Assembly: GCF_000142905.1 (NCBI RefSeq) | Contig: NW_013657653.1 | Span: 290,392 to 354,391 of the forward strand | Direction: 5' to 3' | DNA from: Thecamonas trahens ATCC 50062 | Taxonomy: Eukaryota; Protista; Apusomonadida | DNA: 64,000 nucleotides | Shown here: one piece after another, positions 52,292 to 62,400 of the stretch | How the letters are laid out: each line of letters starts with the position of its first letter | Numbering within the stretch: the stretch's first letter is position 1 | Translations under genes and position numbers: made by a program | Notes under the pieces: generated by a model | The model's input: only the letters and a program-made list of their open reading frames with translations | Database searches by the model: none | Told to the model about the DNA's origin: nothing

Positions 52292-53281
52292 ATGGGCTCC
52301 CTGGTGACCTCGGCATGCAACGCTCTGTTTAACCTACAGTGGTGGCAGGCTGGCCTTGCGCTGCTTGTGGTGTACAAGGTCATCCAGTGGCTGGTCTGGC
52401 TCACGTCGACCGAGTCGGTCAAGGGCAAGGTCGCGGTCATTACCGGTGGCGGCAGCGGGCTCGGCCGGCTGATGGCGCTCAACCTGGCCAAGCAGGACGC
52501 CGTCGTTGTCCTCGTCGACATCAACCGCAAGGGCCTCGTCGACGTGGTCAACGAGATTGCTGCTTTCAACGGTCTCGCCTACGCGCACCTCTGCGATGTC
52601 ACCGACCGCGACGCGGTCTACTCGCTCGCCGAGCAGATTTCTGCCACCGTCGGCCCCGTCGACATTGTAATCAACAACGCTGGCGTTGTTTCGGGCAAGT
52701 CGCTGCTCGAGGTCTCCGACGCAATGGCCGAGCTCACGTTTGACGTCAACGCCGTCGCTCACTTTTGGTTTGTCAAGGCCTTCCTCCCCTCGATGCTCGT
52801 CCGCAACTCGGGCCACATTGTGTCTATTGCCTCGGCCGCAGGCCTGGCGGGCGTGGTCGGCCTCTCCGACTACTGCGCCTCCAAGTTTGCCGCCATCGGC
52901 CTCATGGAGGCGCTCCGCCTCGAGCTTGCCCGTCAGAACTCGGAGGTCAAGACCACCACCGTCATGCCGTTTTACATCAACACTGGCATGTTCGACGGCG
53001 CCTCGGGCATTCCGTTCATCCTCCCCATCCTCGACGCCCAGGAGACTGCCGACCGCATCGTCCTCGCCATCCAGCGCGGCGAGAAGATGCTCTACCTCCC
53101 GCCCATCCTCGGCTTTGTCTCCCTCCTCCGCGGCATCATGCCCATCGGCCTCTTTGACTACCTCTCCACTCTCCTCGGCATTTCGGCCTCGATGGACCAA
53201 TTCAAGGGCCGTGGCCAGGATTGGCACGAGGGCGCCGACAACTCGGTCTCGATCACTGACGAGAGCGATGATGAGTTCTGA
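52292..53281 (+). CDS. Short-chain dehydrogenase/reductase, SDR16C (retinol dehydrogenase / 17beta-HSD11-like)
   Basis: ITGGGSGLGR, INNAGVVSGK, YCASKFA catalytic motif, PFYINTGMF; N-terminal TM. Start uncertain. Confidence 0.92.
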   Translation: MGSLVTSACNALFNLQWWQAGLALLVVYKVIQWLVWLTSTESVKGKVAVITGGGSGLGRLMALNLAKQDAVVVLVDINRKGLVDVVNEIAAFNGLAYAHLCDVTDRDAVYSLAEQISATVGPVDIVINNAGVVSGKSLLEVSDAMAELTFDVNAVAHFWFVKAFLPSMLVRNSGHIVSIASAAGLAGVVGLSDYCASKFAAIGLMEALRLELARQNSEVKTTTVMPFYINTGMFDGASGIPFILPILDAQETADRIVLAIQRGEKMLYLPPILGFVSLLRGIMPIGLFDYLSTLLGISASMDQFKGRGQDWHEGADNSVSITDESDDEF

Positions 53282-53342
53282 CCATTCTCTAAGCTCCATC
53301 CGCATAAACTCTTTCAGCCCGTCCCATGATTTTTACTTCCGG

Positions 53343-53343
<1 letters not shown>

Positions 53344-53402
<59 letters not shown>
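53344..53402. repeat. (GT)n microsatellite
   Basis: Direct observation. Confidence 0.95.
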
Positions 53403-53404
<2 letters not shown>

Positions 53405-53690
53405 TGGGTGGGGAGGGGGGAGGGGGGGGAGGGGGGAGGAGGAGGAGCACGCCTCATTCGTTCGATNNNNNNNNNNNNNNNNNNNNNNNNNNNNNNNNNN
53501 NNNNNNNNNNNNNNNNNNNNNNNNNNNNNNNNNNNNNNNNNNNNNNNNNNNNNNNNNNNNNNNNNNNNNNNNNNNNNNNNNNNNNNNNNNNNNNNNNNNN
53601 NNNNNNNNNNNNNNNNNNNNNNNNNNNNNNNNNNNNNNNNNNNNNNNNNNNNNNNNNNNNNNNNNNNNNNNGCACCCCTCTGAGCGCAAC

Positions 53691-55001
53691 ATGGCCAAGC
53701 GCAAGGTGTCCAAGTCCGAGTCTGAGCCCACCGCCGGCGGGGCGTCGAAGCGGAGCAAGAGTCTCGGCGCGGTGGCAGGCAGCTCAGCATCGCAGTCGGA
53801 GCCGCAGTCGCAGCCGCAGCCGCAGCCGCAGCCGCAATCGCAGTCGCAGCCTCGAGAGCTCGAGGCAAGCATGCTCGATGATTTTATTCTGCGCAAGATC
53901 GTGAAGGAGAACCACGGCAGCGAGGTTGTTGGTCTCGAGTTCAACCGGGTCCAGGCCGATGCGAGCAACATGGTGGCCACCGTGGGCGCCAACCAGCTCA
54001 ATGTGTACGATAACGAGCACATCGGCGACCATCTCGACATTGTTTCGCAGTACATGGCGCCTGACACCGAGGACTCAATCTTGTGTATGGCATGGGCGGA
54101 TGCTCCGGTCGACTCTCTGCTGGTCGTCGGCAACTCGGCCGGCCGGGTTCAGGTGATCTCCCTCGTCAACTCGGTGGTCATCGCCGAGGCCACCGTCCAC
54201 AGCGCGGCGGTCACTGCGCTCCATGTTCCGCTCACTACATCCGACCACATGCTCATTACGGCCTCGCGCGCCGAGGGCGTCGTCAAGGCCTGGTCGCTAC
54301 CGGATCTGACGCCGCTGGCGTCGCTCGCCTCTGCTGCCGGCTGCATCACCTCGGCCGCGCCTGCGCCGCACTGGGCGGCGGCGCGGACGGCGGCAGAAGA
54401 GCCCGCGTCGGACGTCACGCTCGTTGTCGGCACGCTTGGCGGCGACATCGAGGTCTGGGACGTGCCGACCGATGGCAGTGGGCGCGAGCCAGTCGCTCGC
54501 GGCTCGCTGGTCCGCAGCGAGCTGCCTGCCCGCCAGCACCTGGCGCCCATCGACTGTGTCCGCGTCATCTCGACAACAGCGCTTGTCTCAAAGTCGACCG
54601 ACGGCCGGCTGGTGGTGTGGCAAAAGGGCGAGGCCGCTGCCCTCGAGACCGCCGTCGCCAAGTGTGCGCTCGCTGTCGAGCCACCCACGCCGCAGGCTGG
54701 CCCCATCTTTACCTCGTTTGACGTCTCGGCCAACGGCAAGTATCTGGCGGTTGGCTCGGCCAAGACGGTCCAGCTCATCTCGACCGAGACCTGGTCAGTC
54801 GACAAGGTGTTGGAGCACCATCGGGTGCGGACCGAGGTCTACACCGCCCGCTTCACCAAGACCGGGAGCTCGATCATCTTTTCCGGCTCGGACGCTTTCA
54901 TTTGGCGCTTTGACTACTTTCCGCCCGAGACCGCTGACGAGAAGGCCGTGCGCGAGGCGCGCGAGGCACGGCAGTCCAAGATCCAGTTCCGTGACAGCTA
55001 A
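53691..55001 (+). CDS. WD40 protein related to Polycomb EED/ESC/FIE
   Basis: KENHGSEVVGLEFN..ATVGANQLNVYD, CMAW..LLVVG..GRVQVI and H..IDCVR...LVSKSTDGRLVVW parallel recalled EED motifs (KEDH..FN; ATVGSN; VDCVRW..ILSKS); N-terminal NLS-like MAKRK. Confidence 0.7.
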   Translation: MAKRKVSKSESEPTAGGASKRSKSLGAVAGSSASQSEPQSQPQPQPQPQSQSQPRELEASMLDDFILRKIVKENHGSEVVGLEFNRVQADASNMVATVGANQLNVYDNEHIGDHLDIVSQYMAPDTEDSILCMAWADAPVDSLLVVGNSAGRVQVISLVNSVVIAEATVHSAAVTALHVPLTTSDHMLITASRAEGVVKAWSLPDLTPLASLASAAGCITSAAPAPHWAAARTAAEEPASDVTLVVGTLGGDIEVWDVPTDGSGREPVARGSLVRSELPARQHLAPIDCVRVISTTALVSKSTDGRLVVWQKGEAAALETAVAKCALAVEPPTPQAGPIFTSFDVSANGKYLAVGSAKTVQLISTETWSVDKVLEHHRVRTEVYTARFTKTGSSIIFSGSDAFIWRFDYFPPETADEKAVREAREARQSKIQFRDS

Positions 55002-55026
55002 TGGCCGCCACAAACTACACTTGTGC

Positions 55027-56139
55027 TCAGTAAAGATCCACCTCGTCGGGGTCGTCGACGCCGACTTGTGGGTCGTGCGGCGAGACGTGGCGGTCGATCT
55101 TTGAGAGCGCGATCTGGAAAGCGAGCGAGGCGTCCTTGGACGGCTGTGCAGGCTTGTACGACGACGAGGAGCCGTACATCATGCGGCGGACGCCGACCGA
55201 GTGCAGCTCCTGCAGCTCCTTGGCGTGGATGTCGGCTTCGAGCTTGCGCTGCGCTTTGACCTTTTCGATGGCCACGCGCATGCGGGTGATCTTGCTCTCC
55301 AGCGCCTGGACGTTCGCGCGGAGGTTGTCGTTCTCGTCCTTGGCCGCGTTGAGCTGCTCGATGGCGGTCTTAAGCGCCTTGCGCGACTCGCCGAGTGCCT
55401 TGTTTGTCGACTTGAGCTCGTTCTTGCTCAGATCGCGCTCGTGGTTCGCCTGCGTCAGCCGCGACCACAGGTTCGACGCCGAGGCCTCAGCAGCCACCCG
55501 CTTCGCCGAGGCCTCCTTAGCCTCCTCGCGCACAACCACGAGCGTGTTCTTGGCCTCGTCCAGCTCGGCCTGCAGATCCTCGCAGTGGACGTGCAGCTTG
55601 TCGAGCTCGCTGCGGCTCTGCATTTGCGCCTGCCGGTGAGTCTTGACCGTCTCGGTCAGCTCGGCAATCTGGCTCTCGTACGCGACTATGCTCTCCTCGG
55701 CGCGGGTGTGCTCCATCTCCAGCTCAGCTTCGAGCCGCGTCAGTCGCGCCATCTGAGCCGTCGCCAGCTTGTTCCGCGCCACCCACTCCTGACACACCAG
55801 ACAGTACTCGGCCGCCACCTCGGCAGCCTCCACCGACTCTGGAATGAGATGTCCGCGCCGCTTGACCAGCAGCTTGCACCGCGGCGCCCGCTTCCTCCGG
55901 CGCTTGCCCTTGCTCTTCCTGCCACCGAACCCGGTCTGCCCTATCCGTCCCTTCCGCCGCCCGCTTGCCATCCCTGTCCTTGTTCCCCTACTCGTTCCCG
56001 TCCCTGTCGCCACCGTCCGCCCGCCGTCCTTCCCCTCATTGCCCTGCCCGTTGGCTCCGCTCGTCCCGCCCGACTCGGCATACTCGTACTCGTACTCGCC
56101 GTCGTTTCCTCCGCCACCCCGGCCACTACCAGACGCCAT
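55027..56139 (-). CDS. Hypothetical coiled-coil protein with basic N-terminal region
   Basis: 370-aa ATG-initiated ORF with a long heptad region, KSKGKRRRKR and YCLVCQEW. Confidence 0.75.
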   Translation of the reverse strand: MASGSGRGGGGNDGEYEYEYAESGGTSGANGQGNEGKDGGRTVATGTGTSRGTRTGMASGRRKGRIGQTGFGGRKSKGKRRRKRAPRCKLLVKRRGHLIPESVEAAEVAAEYCLVCQEWVARNKLATAQMARLTRLEAELEMEHTRAEESIVAYESQIAELTETVKTHRQAQMQSRSELDKLHVHCEDLQAELDEAKNTLVVVREEAKEASAKRVAAEASASNLWSRLTQANHERDLSKNELKSTNKALGESRKALKTAIEQLNAAKDENDNLRANVQALESKITRMRVAIEKVKAQRKLEADIHAKELQELHSVGVRRMMYGSSSSYKPAQPSKDASLAFQIALSKIDRHVSPHDPQVGVDDPDEVDLY

Positions 56140-56308
56140 ACTTGTCCAACTATGCCGGCTGTACGGTTGTGCTGAAGAGCTGTGATGTGAGCTGAGATGG
56201 CTGGGTGGGGGGGGGGCGAGGAGGAGGTGAGGTGGTCGGTAGTCGAGGACGACGCAGCTCTCGTCGCCCTCGCCCGCTTACACCACACCACTCCACCGAC
56301 CAGCGGAC

Positions 56309-56797
56309 ATGAGCTCGACAGAGTACGACTACGAGGCGCGGTGCATGTGTGGGGCTGTGGCGTACGGAATGGTAGGCGAGCCGATCATGAGCGTGTACTG
56401 CCACTGCTCGATGTGCCGGAAGCACACAGGTGCGCCGTTTGTCCACTCGGCGGCATGGATGGCGGAGAAGGTGACTGTAGTGTCTGGCGATGGTGATGCC
56501 TGCGTCATCGCATACAACTCGAGCGATGCCTTTACCCGCGGATCGTGCGCAGCTTGTGGTGGAGCGGTGGCCAACGCTGTTGCTGCCCACGGTATGATTG
56601 GATTTCCCGTCGGCATCATCGACGGCGCCTACGTTGACAACACCTACAAGTCGGCCTTCAAGCCGGCATGTCATCTCTTCTACGGCAATCGCGTGGTCGA
56701 CATCGTCGATGGCCTGCCCAAGCTCAAGGCCAAGTCACCAGAGGACGGCGTGCTTCCCGAGACCGCCACCTCTGCTCCTGCCGGCGACGACGGTTGA
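56309..56797 (+). CDS. GFA / CENP-V / Mss4-like zinc-binding protein
   Basis: CMCGAV, CHCSMCRKHTGAPF, CAACG, FKPACHLFY..RVVDIVDGLPK. Confidence 0.9.
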   Translation: MSSTEYDYEARCMCGAVAYGMVGEPIMSVYCHCSMCRKHTGAPFVHSAAWMAEKVTVVSGDGDACVIAYNSSDAFTRGSCAACGGAVANAVAAHGMIGFPVGIIDGAYVDNTYKSAFKPACHLFYGNRVVDIVDGLPKLKAKSPEDGVLPETATSAPAGDDG

Positions 56798-56976
56798 TCA
56801 CCCGCCGCTAGCCCATGGCTCGCACTGGCCCATGGCCCGTACTAGCCCATGGCTCGCACATCTGACCGAGCCAGCAAGTCTAGCAGCCGTCCGTACTCGG
56901 GTTATCTGCTTCTGCCCGCACCGGCTCGATCAACTGCTCGTGTGGAAGCCACACACTTGTCCCGAATACAACTCTG

Positions 56977-57734
56977 ATGGCAGCAGAAGGACTGAGCCTG
57001 GACAAGGTGCTGAGCGAGACGACCGTAGACCGGGACGAGGAGATGGTGGCCTCTCTTGGCGGAGTACGTACCTACTTGTTGATATGACTTTGCACACAGC
57101 TGCCGTCGTAGCCTCCCTCCCTCCCTGCCTTGTTGGTGTACCCTGTCGTGTGCGCCTGAAAAAGGGGTGCCTTGGCAAATGGCCCGCTGGGGGCGCTCGG
57201 CCACAGCTTCCCTGCTCGCGTGAGGGGCCACAGTGACTGAAGATAACGAATCTGAGGAACAGGACTCACATCAGGCCATGGCGTATGTGTGCGGCTACAG
57301 ACTGGTGTGCTCAAGTGTGTGCTGGACGACGGAACGACCTCGGTGCAGACGGTCAATCTTGGGCAGGTACGGTACAATGTTCGGCAGGCTGTGTTGCCGC
57401 CCCACATCACCCCCTTCTCCCTCGCTCCGCTCTACCTCGCTTCGCTTTGATTTGATCATGGCGGCGCTATGGATGGGCCAAGTCGACGCGTACTAGCTGC
57501 TCCGCTTCCCCTCCCTCCCTTCCCCTCATATGTACCAACACTCACTCTGACAGCGATCCGGCACAGACGGTCCAATATCTCAAGCTGCTGCTGGCCGAGG
57601 CCTTTGAGAAGCCCATATCTTCGCTCTCGCTTTCGTACAACGACGAGCCGCTCATCGATCCCATCTCCATCTGCGATTGCATCCCAGAGGCTGCCTTTGA
57701 TGGCGAAGTTGTCATCAACGTGAGCGTCCAGTGA
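56977..57734 (+). CDS. Small 3-exon ubiquitin-fold protein (106 aa): exons 56977-57063, 57301-57366, 57567-57734
   Basis: Both introns are phase 0 with GTACGT/GTACGG donors, ACTCAC (and CTGAC) branch motifs and CAG acceptors. Product ...TGVLKCVLDDGTTSVQTVNLGQTVQYLKLLLAEAFEKPISSLSLSYNDEPLIDPISICDC...VINVSVQ has a beta-grasp pattern. Confidence 0.72.
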
Positions 57735-57780
57735 CATCAGCCGGGCGTTAAAGTGTACGGAGAGGACTGCGTTTATCCCC

Positions 57781-58518
57781 CTATGACATGGCCTCGGCTT
57801 GGAGCTCTTGCATCAACTCAGCCAGCTCTGTCTCCACCCGCCCCAGTGCAGCCTTGCTCTCAGAGAGCTTGGCGGAGAGAACCTCGCCACGCGGAACGAC
57901 GCCGTCGACAGGCTCATCGCCCTCGCCGCTGTCGGTAGTTCCGCTTGCCTTGCGCAGCACGTCCTCGGATTGCACGCGCAGTGCATGGATGGCCGAGACG
58001 AGCATGAGCCTATCGCGCTCGACCTGCTGGATGGAGCGGACAAGAGCCGCCAGCGGCTTCGACGCCAGTTCGCTCTCCGGCGCACGCAGGCGGGCCTCGA
58101 TGTTGCGGACAGCGTTAGATGTGGTGGCAAAGATGCCTGTCGCCTCCTCAACCCGTGCCATGTAGCTTTGTGGCGAGATGCGATCGACGGTACCTGCCGG
58201 CGCGAGCAGCGCCTCCAACGCCGCGTTCATCTCGGCGTACGTCTCCTGCCGCCGCAACTGCAGCCGCACCATCCGCGCCATCAGCTCGCCCGTGCTCTGC
58301 GCAGCCACAGGCGTCGCAGCCATCGCCTCGGCCGGTGGCACTAGTGCTCCCGTCGAGCACGCCCGGCCTTCATCCCCGCCACAGCAGCCCGCCGCGCCCG
58401 CCGCGTCCGCCGCGCCGGCGACGTCGGCTGTGCCCGCCGTGCTCGTGTCCGTCGCGCCCCCAGCCGCCTCTTGGCCCACCGCTACCGCCTCCATCTCCTC
58501 CTTGCACGACTGCGACAT
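57781..58518 (-). CDS. REX1-B (required for excision 1-B / C19orf60-like) protein; start uncertain (58596, 58518 or 58494)
   Basis: LQLRRQETYAEM, Y...V.EAT..FATTSNAVRNIEARL and LAALVRSIQQVERDRL follow the recalled REX1-B pattern. Confidence 0.7.
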   Translation of the reverse strand: MSQSCKEEMEAVAVGQEAAGGATDTSTAGTADVAGAADAAGAAGCCGGDEGRACSTGALVPPAEAMAATPVAAQSTGELMARMVRLQLRRQETYAEMNAALEALLAPAGTVDRISPQSYMARVEEATGIFATTSNAVRNIEARLRAPESELASKPLAALVRSIQQVERDRLMLVSAIHALRVQSEDVLRKASGTTDSGEGDEPVDGVVPRGEVLSAKLSESKAALGRVETELAELMQELQAEAMS

Positions 58519-59417
58519 GCCCTGCCAGCCGAACTTGTTCTCCAGACGAGTGTCCCGTCCGCTAGCCACACCGCCTCTACCGCCTCGCTCTGCCATCGCC
58601 TCACCTTCCCCTCCCCCTTCCCCCTCCTCCCCACACCCATGCCCATTCCTAATCAACCAACCAGCCATCCAACTAGCTAGCCACGGACTTTCATCTTATC
58701 ATCATCACTACCATTACCAATCCGATCATCATCCCCATTTCCCCTATGCCTTTCCCATCGCCCCAACGCCCCAAAGCCTGCCCCTCCATCTCNNNNNNNN
58801 NNNNNNNNNNNNNNNNNNNNNNNNNNNNNNNNNNNNNNNNNNNNNNNNNNNNNNNNNNNNNNNNNNNNNNNNNNNNNNNNNNNNNNNNNNNNNNNNNNNN
58901 NNNNNNNNNNNNNNNNNNNNNNNNNNNNNNNNNNNNNNNNNNNNNNNNNNNNNNNNNNNNNNNNNNNNNNNNNNNNNNNNNNNNNNNNNNNNNNNNNNNN
59001 NNNNNNNNNNNNNNNNNNNNNNNNNNNNNNNNNNNNNNNNNNNNNNNNNNNNNNNNNNNNNNNNNNNNNNNNNNNNNNNNNNNNNNNNNNNNNNNNNNNN
59101 NNNNNNNNNNNNNNNNNNNNNNNNNNNNNNNNNNNNNNNNNNNNNNNNNNNNNNNNNNNNNNNNNNNNNNNNNNNNNNNNNNNNNNNNNNNNNNNNNNNN
59201 NNNNNNNNNNNNNNNNNNNNNNNNNNNNNNNNNNNNNNNNNNNNNNNNNNNNNNNNNNNNNNNNNNNNNNNNNNNNNNNNNNNNNNNNNNNNNNNNNNNN
59301 NNNNNNNNNNNNNNNNNNNNNNNNNNNNNNNNNNNNNNNNNNNNNNNNNNNNNNNNNNNNNNNNNNNNNNNNNNNNNNNNNNNNNNNNNNNNNNNNNNNN
59401 NNNNNNNNNNNNNNNNN

Positions 59418-62400
59418 TCACTACAAGCCACTACAGACGCAGCAAATGCATTTGTGCAGGAAGCCACGCCTGCGTTGTGTATGGCTGCCCATCAAGGTCT
59501 GACAGAAGCGGTGGCTGTCCTGCTTCAGCATGGCGCTGACGTGGCCGGTGAGGGCCAGGCCGGCGCTCCCTTGCACTATGCTGCTGTTGGTGGCTGCGTC
59601 CCAGTCGCTCGCTACTTGCTCAAGGCAGGCGCTGATCCGATGGCACTGGCCCGGTCCGGTGGCTACACTCCGCTGTATTTGGCGGCACTTCATGCGAGGC
59701 TGGACATGCTGCGGATGCTGCTCGGGTTGGTGCCGGCGGCCCACGTCGGCGCCACCATGACCAACGGCGCAACGGCGTTGCATGGTGCGGCCATGTCGGG
59801 CTCGCTCGACGTTGTCGCTGCCCTGCTCGACGCCGGTGCCGATCCCAACGCGCGCTCGGACCGCGGTCATACCCCGCGCGACTATGCGGAGCTCTCGTTC
59901 CCGGGCAACAAGGCGCTGAGCGAGGCGCTGGGATCGGGCCGTGGACGCACAGCACGCGGCGGGGAGGCACCGGGCGCGCGAGAGGTAGCTGGGCGCGACG
60001 CCGCCCAGGGTGGGCGCTTTGTTGACGCTGCCCGCATCGCATCCGGCGAGGCCGCGGCTCTTGGCGAGCTCAAGTACAAGTACCGGCCCGGCGGCACCGA
60101 CCAGGCCCGCGACGAGGCCAGCGCCCGGCGGCGAAAGGCCAAGTCGGCCAAACTTGCCCGGAAGCATCCGCGTGAGTTCTTTGCGCAGTCTGCCCGCGCC
60201 CGCCGCGACTCGGTCCAGATCGAGACGACGCTGCCCGGCGCCAACTACCAGTCCCCGTACAAGGCGTCACAGCTGACGCGTGCCTCGCATGCCCGGGCGA
60301 CCTCGGCCGACGCCAAGGTCTCGGCCATCAAGTTTCCGACCACCCGCGAGTTCCTCGAGGGCACGTCGGCACGCGACGCGACGCAGCAGCAGCTACTCGC
60401 GCTGCGTGAGCTCAAAAAGGCAGCGCTCGCCGAGCTAGACGCCGTCGAGACCGACGCTGAGGCCATTGTCCGTCGGCAGCAGGCCATCCAAGCCAACCTC
60501 GATGCGCTCCGTGACCAAGACCGCGCCCTCGAGGCCGAGGCCTTTGCCGCCGCACAAAAAGCTCGTCGCGACCGCGAGGACGCCGAGGCCTGGCGCGACG
60601 CCGAGGAGAACGCCCGCGCCGCGCACGGCCTCGAGCTCCACAAGCGCAAGACCCAGCTGCTTGCCAACTGGGACAACCAGAAGGCCGCCATTGTCCGCGA
60701 GCTCCAGGGCGAAGCGTGGAGCACCGAGCTCGAACTCCGTGAGCACCTTGAGAGGCGACAGGCCGCGCACCGAAGCCATCTCGAGCACACCATCGCCGAG
60801 GCCGAGGCCGCGTACGAGCTGCGGCGGGCCGAGCTCGATGCCAAAACCCGGCTGGAGCGCGCTCGCAAGCGCGAAGAAGCGCAGGCACTTGCTGACGCTG
60901 CCCGCTACCGAAAGGCGACCCGTGAGGCAACCGATGCCCACGAGGCCCGCCTCCAGGCCGAGCTCGCCGACGCCCGGCGGCAGCATCGTGCCGAGGCGGC
61001 GGCACTGCGCAGGCGCATCCAGCACCTCGAGTCGCGCCAGAAGCACGAGGGTCACGAGGCCGAGGTCCGCAAACGCCGCGTCGTTTCCCAGCAGTCGAAG
61101 CTCGACACACTTCGTGACAATCTCGACGCCCAGGACGCGCGCGTCACCGCCAACATCATCCGCTCCGAGCAGGAGCGGCTCATGGAGCGGATTGCACGGA
61201 CCGAGGCCAAGACGGCGCGGAATATGGGGAAGATTGAGGCGCTCAACGAGACGACGGCGGCCGAAATCGCCCGCCAGCGCTCGCTCACCGCCGACCACGA
61301 GGCCATGCACCGTGCCGAGGCTGATGCTGCCAAGTCTGCCTGGGCTGCCATCCTCGACCAGGAGGCTGCCGCGTTTGAAGCCGCCAAGGTCCGCCTTGTG
61401 GCCAAGATCCGCACCCAGGACGACTTTAGCAAGGAGCTTGCCGAGCTTGAGGCGTTGGAGGACCGCGCTGCCGCCCGGCTAGCCCGCCCGGTCACCTTTG
61501 CTCCTCCGGAGCGCAACGCCGACGCATCGGCACCGCCCAAGCGCGCCCGCACTCTGGCCGAGCAGTCGATGGCTGCCGCCCGGCTGGCTGTTCCGCGCAC
61601 CGTCAACGAGTCACCGCCTCGTCAGAGCACGCCGGGAGGAGGCCCCGCGCCTTCGAGTCCCGGCCGGAGGTCGGCGACGCCGTCAAGGCCGCGCACGGAG
61701 CGCAAGCGCAACTGGGAGGCCGAGCGTGCTTCACGCATCGCCTCGGGCTACACCGTGCCGGGGGAAGCGAGCCCCAAGGGAGAAGCTGACGAATCGGCGG
61801 CAGCGGCAGGTGTCCGCGGCTTTGCCACCGCCTCGGCCGCCGAGCTGGCCGCCAAGTCGGCGGCAGTCTCGAGCATGGCCAAGTCTAATCGCAAAACGGC
61901 GTCGGCCAAGATCCACTTGCCGGACACGTCGGTCGTTGTTGTGCCGTGGCAGCCAAAGCTCCTCGTCTCGGACCTCATTTCATCGCTGGTGAAGCGGTAC
62001 GAGCTGGAGGCGCAAGCGGCAGAGCTAATGCCGGGCATCCTCGATCCGGCCCGCGAGCCGACGCTCCGCAGCAACGCTCGGTTCCGGCTTGTGTACGGCT
62101 GCTCCTATGCGCTTGTCGACGCCGCCTCGCCACTGGTGGTGAACAAGCTGCTGCGGCTGGGCAAGCTGGCGAACACCACCCGGCTGTTTACGCTCCAGGA
62201 CGTGGCGCTGCTCAACGCTGTTGCCGAGGCCGATGCGGTGCTAGACGCCGCCGACGGCGACGAGCCTGCGGCCGACTCGGTGGCGGCGGCGGCGCGAACG
62301 GCAGCGGTGGCAGCCATCTCTGCAGCAGAGCGGTCGCCGGCAAGTACGTCGGCAAGCACGTCGCGATCGCGGTCGCGGCGGTCGGCTCGCAAATCGGGCA

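Noticed and set aside
52686-55001. 771-aa ORF spanning SDR, (GT)n and a gap
   Set aside because: Artefact of reading through Ns; the real CDS starts at 53691.
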